From: the human T2T-CHM13v2.0 reference genome, Homo sapiens
NCBI RefSeq assembly: GCF_009914755.1
Contig: NC_060933.1
Strand: one strand, 5' to 3'
DNA length: 64,000 nt
A program made the position numbers and the translations under genes. Positions within the stretch are counted from its first letter, which is position 1. Every line of letters starts with the position of its first letter. Below are positions 53,001-64,000 of this stretch, in pieces. Below the pieces are notes generated by a model. It worked only from the letters and a program-made list of their open reading frames with translations, was not told the DNA's origin and did not search any database.

Positions 53001-53319
53001 GAGGGAAAAAAGAGAGTTGCAGAATACTTTTCACAACTGCACATGTGACTTCCTCTTGTCATGTCAGAGGCAGAAGGAGCAGACTGTAGGACTCAACACT
53101 CTGGAGGGGATTTTGTGAAATCCATAGAAAATTTTTCAGCTGGCTTTTGGGGTCCATGAAGGTAACTTCAGTGTAGATTTATGACCAGGAAAGAATACTG
53201 AAGGGCCAACACAAGACTAGACTGTCTTACTCTAAACTCACCAAAGGATGGTAGTGAGAAATAATCAGGTTAAATTACTTCTGATTTTGAGGATTATGAT
53301 GACAATGAGGGGTGGATTA

Positions 53320-53530
53320 TCACTACTTACAGAATCTCATGTAATTCTTAAAACAAATTTAGAGGTATCTTAGATATTGTTATCTCCATATTACAGATAA
53401 AGAAATTGAGGCATAGAAGGGTTAAGATACTTTCCATGAGTCACTCTTGGTGGTCCATAAATTAGGAGAACTGGGATGTAAATGCAGAGATTCCTGACTT
53501 TGAAGACAGAGCTCTTAACTACTACACTCT
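53320..53530 (-). mobile_element. MIR SINE
   Basis: tatctccatattacagataaagaaattgaggcatagaagggttaag ... gctcttaactactacact. Confidence 0.7.
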
Positions 53531-55536
53531 AATAGATACGTAAATTATAAATTTATTATCATGGAGCATAATTCCTTATTTAAAAACTGTGGACAGTAAG
53601 GAAAATAGATTAAACACCAGATACCTCTGCCAATTTTGGCTTAATGATGCATTCATCCCACAGTTGTTATTGCCAAAATTTTTTGATAATGAAAGACAAG
53701 CCACAGCTTTCTATAATATATCGTTAGATTCTAACATGACTCCTATCAAATCCAAAAGAGTGGGAAGTTAAGTATAATCTTTACTTTAATAATTGGGAAC
53801 AAAAAGACACATCTCAAGTTCTCCCTGGTTTCTACACACCCAACAGTGCTGCCCCAAAACCCTCACACACCATAAATTCTGCGGGAAAAGAGAGAAAGCT
53901 GATGCACATTCATTCCTTAGAACTGAATAGCCATAATGCAGCAAAGGGTAGAGCTGTATTGGCAGAAACTACTAAGAATGGTGAGAGACCAATAACTCAT
54001 GAAAAACAAGTCTACACTAACAGTTTTAATGACTATTCTAATGGTTTAATGGATAGCACTTTAATAGGATTTCTAGTAGAATCTGAAAGCTTCTGAAAGC
54101 TTGTCTTCAATAAATCTGTCATTAACAAAGAACTGCATTGCTTAACTACATAACCATAGTTTACTGAGTCTGAACACAGAAAAAGTATAGCAGTTGTCAT
54201 CCTGTATTACCATCACCTTTTCAAGTATTCTATTAACTACTGTGAGAGAGACAGCTACAAGATCAAAATGTAGGCTGCCAGTGAAAGAGGCATATTTATA
54301 CTAAGGGGATGCAGTAGACATTAAATAAAATACAACAGAAAGCTCACAATTATAGCTTGTGTCCAAAGAAAAAGCTGAAACAGTAACTGTAATCCAAATA
54401 CACAGATATACTAACAATGAAATTTCAAAAACTAGCTTTAGTTCTCTTTGAAAGAGTATTAAATGTTTTGGGGTGATTTGTTTTTGAATGCCTATTGCAC
54501 TCTGTGTCTACATTTGACTTATTTTGTATTATGTTGCTTCCTGTACTGATTTAATGTTCTTTAAAGTCAGGAATTGCCATGTTGTGGTGCTCAGGGTACA
54601 TACCAACTCAATATAAATATTGGATTGGCTATAATCAGTCCTAGTGAATAATTTTAAATTCCAGCCTTTGGCTCTGTTTTCCTCTGTCCATGTCTGAGGT
54701 TCTCATTTCTGACTTTTTTGCACTGGAATATTTCTTGCTTGGAGAGCACTTTCTTATCCTTTTCTTTTTTTTTTGCTTCTAAATTCTACCTTCCTTTCAA
54801 CAAGGTTCAGCTTAAATCCCACTCTCCCAATTCATTACTGCCTGGAGCTTTCTCTTACATGCTTCCATGTGTGCCACTATCATGTGTTACAGACTGGAGC
54901 ATCCATTTGGCAACTAGCTACGTTTAGCCTTGTAGCATTTCTTCTTGTAAAGTTGTTTGAATTCATTACCATAACTTATCTTTTCATTTGACAATTCTTT
55001 ATTTCCCCAACTCTATAGTAAGTTTCTCAATGGAAATACTGTCTGGTATATATCTGTGTAGTCTAGAAAATGGCTAGCCCAGTGCATGTAAAATGTATGT
55101 AAAATACATTTTTTTTTTTTTGTAATTTTAATCATTTCTTGTCTCAATTTCTGTGAAAGTCTTTCAAGGTTGGGAAACTTATTTCTTTCGGAATTACACG
55201 TAGTCTTATATATACCAGGATCACAAACCTGAGGATAACAGACTGATGCATTCTTCGAGTATGTTCTATCAATGCTGATAGCTGTAAATTCATAGACTTT
55301 ACAGCAATTATACTGATTATCAAAATTACTGAAAATAACCCATTGGCTAAGCTATGAACCATTCAAGTTGTACAACTTGAACAAGGCCTAGAGTATACTG
55401 GAAGAATAAAAATACCTTCTCAGATCCAATAGTAGGCAAATTTGAGTAAATATACCCATGCTAGGAGATTTATATATGTCTGTCTGGTGATAATGTCCTT
55501 GTAAAAATGGCTCCTTCATTCAAAATCAAAAGCATT

Positions 55537-55805
55537 ATCACTTGAGGCAGGAGTTCGAGACTGGCCTCAGCAACATAGTGAGACATCGTTTCTAAAAAAT
55601 TTTAAAAACTCATCACAAAAGATGGTAATGCACACCTGTAGTCCCAGCTACTTGGGAGCCTGAGGCAGGAGAATAGTTTGAGCCCAGGAGTTCAATGTCG
55701 CAGTGAGCTGAGATGAGATCATCTCACTGCACTCCAGTCTGGGAGACAAAGCATGACCCACTCTCCAAAAAATTAAAAAAAAAAAAAAAAGAAAAGAAAA
55801 ACAAT
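55537..55805 (+). mobile_element. 5'-truncated AluJ-like element
   Basis: atcacttgaggcaggagttcgagactggcc...cactgcactccagtctggg plus A tail. Confidence 0.88.
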
Positions 55806-57792
55806 ATTATTAATCAAGCTATTCAATAAAAGTAAACAGAATTTTATTCTGAAAAAGACAATATGTTTGAGGTCATTTAAAACACCTATTGTTTATTAAG
55901 AAAACTTATTAAGTGATAGATTCAGTCTTTACACAGAGTGAGTCTTATTTACTCCATTTCAAGGGTATGCTTTGAAAACCAAACAATATAGCGAACAAAA
56001 AACAAAAAGCCTAAACAATTTCATAAATAACAATATGGGTAAAGTAACAAACATAAATGGCACGCTCTACAAGATAGAGCCTCTTTTACCAATATAAATA
56101 TTAAAATATAAGCAGGTCATCTTAACCAATGATTTACAATAAGGGAAGAAAAGAAAAATATCTATATGATTCTTTGGCATCTCATATTTCTTTCTCGGGG
56201 GGGCATATATTTCATCCAGCTAGGGGAATTTTGGATGAAATTATAAAACAAAATACTATGCCTGTTAACTGCTCCCACAGCTTAGAGAAACCCTAAGAAG
56301 TTCTGCCAGGGAAGCATAATAGAGAACAAATGCTGTTCCCTAATCTTATTTCACATACATTCAAGTAACAGAATATGAGAAAGAGAAACATGAGTTTTCC
56401 CTACAGCGGGTCCAAAAATCTGAGAGTCTGAAGGATTGATTTTTCTGTTTAAAAAATTAGGAAATACTTTGAAACACACATTTTAGACAGTTGCTAAGAC
56501 ACTAACTGCCCTGACCTACTGAATTTCCACATCTTTGTATGTATTGAGTGTCAGAAAAAGAAGAAATCCCATCACCCCTCACATGGTACATGTAACAAAC
56601 GTAGACAAAAATGCCAGTCCCATTAACCATGGAGTAAAACTCATAGCTGCATACCAAAATCCTGACAAATTCTAGTTATTGTGGCTTTGGTTAAGTTTGG
56701 ATAAAAACACTAAAGGAACCCTTGGACTCAGAATTCAAGGGCAAAATTTATGCATCATTTATTTTTGTACTGCAGAGTCTAGCAAAGTACCTGGCACATT
56801 GTAAGAGCTTAGTAAATATCTGTTTTATGAGATGAGCTGAATATAAAGCTGGAAAATTATATAGACTTTTAAAGAAGGAGCATTCATGATCTTGAAAATT
56901 GTTTCTTAGGTAGCTAAAATTTTTATTTTTATTTATTTTTAAATTTTTTGTAGCTAAAATTTTTAGAATTGGTCTTCTTGTTCTCAAGGCCATTTGGGAG
57001 AAATGAGCAGCTTTGTTTCAAAGTTCATCTGTTTATTCTCCAGCGAAAATTATAATCCTTGGTCTGTGGCATCACAATTGGTTGCTGTGGGAATGATTAT
57101 AGATCAAAAACAAAACGATTATATCCCTTTTCAAGAGCAAATGAGTACCAAGAGCAGATGAAGACTTAAGGAAACAAAGATGTTCTTTTCATGCAAATAT
57201 TTTTACAATACAACTGTGGAGAGATAAATACTGAAGCTGGTAGTCTTTATGAAATTTATAGGCAGATTTTTAGCTTTGGGGAAAGACAGCTCCCTTTGCC
57301 CTCAGAGTTAGCTTTGAGACATGAATACTACAGATCATTTTTCTTTTTTTTTTTTTTTAAAAAAAGAAAATATAAAGACACTGAGAGCGTAGGAAAAGTG
57401 AGTTCTGTGATCAGTATTCCCCTGTTGTTTTATTTCAGGCAGAAGAATGTCTTCCTCATCTGTGTACAGGATCACTGTCAGGGAGCTTGATGTCCTGCAC
57501 TGTCCTGGCAATATGTTGCCCAAGGGAGGTCCACCAAGGAAAGCCAAAGGTGAATTCTCCACCTAGAAAGAGGACCATGCCCATAAAGTTGCTGTTCCTC
57601 CGTCTCCAAAAGACTTCTGCTGCAGCACAGTAGTAGTTAAGAGTTATAACCTAATGAAGCATGCTTATTCATGACTTGATAAATGATATCTCTCTATATA
57701 TCATGTGACTATGCTTGGAAAGTGGGAGATGCAAAGAGCAAACTAGACTCCTCCTTCTTTCTCTCTTTTGCAGGAGATGCAGAGAAAACCAA

Positions 57793-57942
57793 CCTCCTCC
57801 CTCTTTCTCTCATTCCTTCCTTCTCTCCCTCTCTCTTCTTTCTGGCTTTTCTCTTCCTTCTTTCTTTCCTTTTCTTTTTCTTTTCTTTCTTCTTCTCTCT
57901 TCTCTTCTCTTCTCTCTCTCTCTCTCTTTCTTTCTTTCTCTC
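57793..57942. repeat. CT-rich polypyrimidine low-complexity tract (about 150 bp)
   Basis: Seen directly; it is the source of the F/S/L-rich spurious ORFs at 57683-58018. Confidence 0.93.
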
Positions 57943-58293
57943 AACTTATGCATGTATTAATTCCAGAAAATTTTACCATGCTAGTCACAGGAATATCCTG
58001 ATAAACGAGACACCATGAAGAAGCTTTCATAATAGCAGAAGACACAAAAGTAAAACTGAAGACCCTGTAATCCCTTGCAATGCCATGGATTCAACACAGC
58101 AAACAGCGAATCAAATCTGCCATATACACAGTGACAGGCACCTGTATCACCCTAATCTTGGCCTTGTACTCAAGCCTCAAGCTGGAGTTTGGCCCAAATT
58201 GACAATGGCATTTTCAAACAACTCCTCAGTGCCCTTAGTTTCCCTCCATCAAATGTTTAAAAGCAATACAAACAAAAGAAACACAAATATTCA

Positions 58294-58718
<425 letters not shown>

Positions 58719-60834
58719 TAAATTTTATATGTGAACTATATTGCAATAATAAAATGATGAAGAAAAACATATAAAATATATCACACAAGTTTATTTCTCC
58801 CTAAAACTGCCTTATTTCTTCCCATAAGTAAAATTCCTACTTTATCACAATCCTTGTAATGTTTATAATTTGGGTTCTCACATAGAAAAACAAACATCCT
58901 TAACGTTTCAAGTTAACATGACTTTAGGAGGTAATATGATGGTTGTTTATTTTTCAGAAAACATTTTTATGTGTTTGTTTTTATCTAGGGAGTCTACTTA
59001 GAAAATGTCATCTATTGCATAATGTTAGATGTAAACTTGCAGAGACTTCAGCCACGTCACTTAACTGCCCTGAAAATGTCTTCTCTACAGTAAAATAACA
59101 GCAGTGAACGAGGTTAGAAGATTCTAGAAATCCTCAAATATAACTTCACAGTAGAAACTTTGTGACACTGAATTTAAACTTAAACCTCTAAAATTTTATG
59201 AAGGATTTTTTAAAGATAATAGGATGATTTCTTGAGCTGTGACAACAAGGATCAATACAGAAGGAATAGAAAAAGAACAAAAATGGAAATCAATGCCCAG
59301 TTGCACGGCAACATCCACCAACTCTAACACTTAGACTGAAAATTTTTATTCTCCTTGTGTCTCAACAGATGACAAGGAGGTCAATTAATTACTGGTAGTG
59401 GGTGGTAAAATCTTCTACCTTCCCTTATGCAGCACCCTAACTGCTCTTAATAAAAAGGGAGGCAGCATTTCATTGTTCATTAACTATACTAATTATAGCT
59501 TCTCAATCACTGCAGCCACATAGGCACTCCTGAGTTGTAGAACGGCAATAGAAGAGACTCGACCTAAGCCTGCAGGGATGGGAGTAGGGGAAACACAGCA
59601 TTGAGAAAACAAAAAGGGAAACCTGACATCAGAATCTGAACGTTATTACATTTACATTAAATCATGTTTCATAATAACCAGAGAAACAGAATTTCAGCAA
59701 GAGAGAAAGAATCTAAAAAGATCGTCCAGTCCAATCACCTAAATTATGTTTGAGCTTCTGCCTCGTCAATCCGGCTCAATAAGTTATATGCCACCTGACA
59801 TACTGTTCATTTTAACAGAACTAAAAGCTGGAGCAAAAGCAAACAAAACAATAATAACAATAAATTCTTAAGCTAATGGAAATAAATGTAGGTAGGCAGT
59901 GGTTTTGTATCCTCCTGCCATCTTGAAATACGGCAAGCATCTTCTGATTGTACAGTAACAGCTCCTATCTTTTCAAATCATTTAGCAGCTTTTGTATGAA
60001 ATTAAGTTGCAGAAACATGAAAGGATTTTGCATATATGAAAAGGTGTTTTTAGAATCTTAAAGGTGAATATTACTATGTATCATATTAAAAGACTTATAA
60101 ATCATAATTTATTGTGGTGAGCAAGTTTCCCCTTCTTCATTGGTCTTATCTAAATGAAACTGGAATCTGACTCGTGATATGTAGTGAGAAGGGCACCTTG
60201 CCAGTATAGGTCTCACTTTTTTTTAATCTTCAGGGTTAGACAAGTAGGTAGACTCTGGTCTATAACTGACAATGTCAAAACAAGAAACAAGTCAATACCA
60301 ACTATCCCCTGTGAGAGTTAAGGCTGAGTCTTTACACCTTTAAATCCCATCAACCATCTGCTTTTTTTTTCCTTGATTTTATTTACCTAGATCAAGATCA
60401 GAAGTCAAAGGCAGTCACTATAATATAGGTAGTTATAGAATCAATCTGATGAATTATTTCTAGCCCAACTAATCAAATATATTTTTCTGTTTGACAAGCT
60501 TAGGATGGAATGCTATTTGTTTCAGATATAAACTATAATCCTTTCATCATCTTCAAACTTGCTAATTTTTAATAAAAATTAAACAAGAGCATGAAGCGGG
60601 TGGCTGGGTATAAAGGTTCCTATCCAAATCATTTAAAACTAAGTCGTTTTGTTGTTGTTGATAGACTGTCTCTGATGTTGAAAAGCAAAAATAAAATATA
60701 ATTATAACAAAAAGAAATTTGGGACAATAATCCTTCCTTGGGGTCACCTGACTACTATGTGATCACCTTAACAGATAAGTTAATGACAACAAATTTTCCA
60801 TGGTGAAAACTGTGGTGAAAGGAAATCAACTCTC

Positions 60835-61090
60835 AGAGGCAACTATTTATAGTGGTCAGAACATTACCCAGACCTCAGACTACACGGGTTCATATCCTAG
60901 CTTTGCCATTTACTAGCTGTGTGACCTTGAGTAAGTTACTTAACTTTCATGTGGTTCAACATACCTTCTGTAACATGGGGAGACTAACAGTACCTACCTG
61001 GAAGGACTGAATGAGTTAATGTTTACAGTAATGCATTCCGAAGAATGTCTGGCACATGGTAAGTGCTATACACATGTTTGCTATCACCAT
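60835..61090 (+). mobile_element. MIR SINE (near full length)
   Basis: gggttcatatcctagctttgccatttactagctgtgtgaccttgagtaagttacttaac ... tctggcacatggtaagtgct. Confidence 0.8.
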
Positions 61091-62714
61091 CATCCTTGTA
61101 AAGCACTATCTAGACTCTGAAACTCTATGGAAAGACTATTATGATATTAAAATGTGCAGTTTAATACTAAAAAAATGATATAAAAATACTCTGTTAAACT
61201 GGCAGAAAAATAAAGAAGGGGGACTGGGAAGAAAAAGGGAAGGAAAGAGGAAGAGAAGGGGAATAAAAGAATGAGTGAAGGGAGGAGGGATCATGAGAGA
61301 AAGAACAAATTAAATCAGGGGTGTCTGTGAGCCACTGGTTGAAGTTTAGAGGACTGATGAGTGCCTGCTGTTAAGGAAATTTTTTTAGCAAGTGATATAT
61401 AATAAAGTTCTGATTATGCTTCATGCATGAACTTTTAAGCTAAAGCCAAATACTCTGATTGCTGCATCTGTGACGATGGAAAGACTAATGTTTCCCAAGG
61501 CCTAGCCAAAACTGCAAATTCATGTAATCTCTTAATGCTTACATCCTTCACTTTCATCTACACTCCCAAAGCATGGTGGTGTGCCCAACATTTGTTTTTT
61601 CAAAAAGAATGACAAACTGTTTAGCCACAGTAGAAAAACCATGACAAATAATACTGCCACTACCATTTTATAATTTTACAATTAAATACATAAATAAGTA
61701 AAGTCATCCCTATGATGCTGGGTTACATCAGGCTCTAGGCAGCCTTGTTCCAATCTCTTCTTGCAGCATTGTTAAAATTTTCCCCGAAAGCTGTTCCCAG
61801 CAGTGACATAAACATAGACGTACTCATTTGGTCCCTCAGGTACTTGGAGTTTCAGGAGGAATTGTAGGAAGTGATTTCCATGACTTTTCTGAACATTTTT
61901 GAAATCACTTGGTTGCAGACTCCTTCCTATATTGTTATGACCTTTCAAGGGTGTAATCACCTTTCACACCTCACCTCTCAGCAGCATGACCCTGAGCTGC
62001 AATGACAGTCACAGAATATGTTGGGAACCCCTGAGCAAGCCACGCTTCTTCTCATCTCCATGCTTTTGCATGCACAGATCCCTCAGCCTGGGGGCTTGCA
62101 TTTCTGGCAAACTTCAGTGACTCTCCAAGTCATGGGTACTCTGGGAAGACTCTCGTCAATATTGTCCCACTCCCAAGATTAACTTAACAATTATTTTTTG
62201 TTTTGTTTTTTTGTTTTTTTTCTGTTTCTCCTAGAAGACTATGGACTCATTCAGGACAGCTTATTTCTTGATTATTTTTGGTTCTCCAGTAAATGTTAAA
62301 CAGATGAAGGCATTCAAGCTACTCCTCTTATAAACAAAGAAACTGAGATCAGGAGAGTTAAATAATGTGTCTAGGGGCATTAAAACTAGCAGAGACATCA
62401 GGACAGTTTCCATTCGTCAGTGAAAATACCTTTTTTTGATATTTTAATGTGGATATAATTTCCAGAAATGATATTATGTACAAAATATGAAAAGAACTCT
62501 GTAGTTCTTCATAATTACCCTCCATCCTTGTCACCCTTTACCTTCCCCTAATTGCTTTCATAGAGCTCCTTTTTGGAAGAATGAGAAGAGAATGTTATAG
62601 AAGATAAAAATCACTTGAGAAAAAAAAGTCATGTTAAGTGACTGACAGATAGGTCATGCATATTGAAGTTCACAATAACAAGAGCCACTTCTGTTGACCA
62701 AGCGCAGAGGGCAA

Positions 62715-62900
62715 TGGGCCAGGTGCCTAACATATATTCATCTTCATAACAGTCTCATGGGTAGATACTAATCTTCTCATCTTAAATAAGAGAACCAAGG
62801 TTCTGAGAGGTAAAGCAACTGGCTCAGGATCAAGCAGCGTAGCTACTAATTGGCCCAGTCAAAATATGAACCTTGTTTTCCCTGACTTCAAGGCCCTCCC
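62715..62900 (-). mobile_element. MIR SINE
   Basis: ccaaggttctgagaggtaaagcaactggctcaggatca. Confidence 0.6.
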
Positions 62901-63069
62901 CAGCATCCACTATGGCATCCCTCTAAGTACACACTTAGCATTCCGGTGCTAAAATCCCAATTTTACTTTGAAATAAAAATGCAACTCAATAAAGAGTGTC
63001 TTTTTTCAGTCCTTGCTATGGTCTCTTGGAAGTTGAAAGCTTGCTTTGGAAGCAGAGACAGAGTTGTTT

Positions 63070-63340
63070 CCTGAGAGCCTTGGGCTCCACATGGGAGCAG
63101 GTGAAAAGACATTTTGGAGAATGTCCAGTGATGGTCAAGGGCCAATTAGTTATAGAGAACTTGTATGAGAACAACGACTGAGAAAAAATGAAAGTTGAAA
63201 TTGTATGAGAATAAGGACTGGGAAACAGAAAACGAGTTATGTGAGAGTCCCTTAAGACGGGTAGGACTCCCACAAGAAAAAAACAAAAGGCTCTACTATG
63301 AAAGATACGAAGTTTAATGTTAGTAAAGAAAATGTCTGAG
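63070..63340 (+). mobile_element. Possible CR1/L3 LINE fragment
   Basis: tgggctccacat...gacattttggagaatgtccag...gatggtcaagggcc...gtatgagaacaacgactgag loosely resembles the L3 3' region. Confidence 0.3.
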
Positions 63341-64000
63341 GTTTTTTTTTTTTTTTTAATGTGGGTGAAAGAACAAACATTTTAAAAGTCTAAGTAGAAC
63401 TAAGCTTTGGAACTTGAGAAATTACTTGCACTTTGAGTTTTCACAACTATAGAAGATCAGTAAGAAAAAAAGACTATAAGCGCATAGACATACGCCCTGT
63501 TTTGGATGCAATGTTTCTTCTAAGGTGAGCTGCTGTGTCTTTGTGTTCTACTAGATTTGTTTATAAGATGCCAAAAGCAGCCCACTGGGAGGGGACTCTG
63601 TACTTTTTCATTTTACTTGGTGAGACTGGTCCTTAACTGCAGAACAAAGACAGCATGTTCTCAGATGGCCGACTGGTAGGCCAATCTTTGCTATAAAAGC
63701 GGCTCAGGGACTTTATTCAGTAGGTACTTTTGAGTTAAATCTGAGAGGTCTGCATTAAAATGTAATCACTTCTGCACTGTCTAGAGATAGTAATAGCCTA
63801 TTTTCTGAGAGAAAAGAGCCTGAAAATAAGGCTTCACTGCTGATAGATCAGGTGGGGATGTCGACTGGAAAAAGCAGCTCTTTACAGCAGGACACTCTTT
63901 CTTCTGTTTGCTCCTGTTGTTGATACTAGCAATTTTGATCACAACAAAGAGTTTCTATGAACTGTAAATTTAGTTAGAAATTGATCCAGACACACACTTT

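Overview
This is AT-rich, CpG-poor primate (almost certainly human) genomic DNA lying entirely inside PTPRD (receptor-type protein tyrosine phosphatase delta, LAR subfamily), which is transcribed on the minus strand. Four coding exons can be read directly, with canonical splice sites and consistent phases: 41200-41077 (124 nt), 25947-25772 (176 nt), 13266-13147 (120 nt, missed by the ORF track) and 12630-12476 (155 nt). Together they encode most of the membrane-proximal D1 phosphatase domain (KNRY loop, YVNANY, IATQG, KCDQYWP, WPD loop, and VVHC up to the intron that splits the HCSAG motif). From memory these are roughly exons 36-39 at chr9p24; I did not verify this. The rest is intron carrying Alus, MIR/L2/L1 fragments, MaLR LTRs, DNA transposon fossils (MER20, MARNA, MER94) and microsatellites. 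The other ORFs in the track look spurious. I see no new multi-gene system. The most unusual observation is a pair of ancient paralogous segments (about 41-215 and 1944-2130). Each contains a 71-nt exon-like unit in PTPRD sense orientation, with intact YAG and AG|GTAAG splice signals and an early in-frame stop, so they are candidate duplicated poison exons. Smaller points are a perfect 68-bp tandem duplication, a fold-back/templated-insertion scar, and an inverted-Alu layout that could support circRNA formation or RNA editing.
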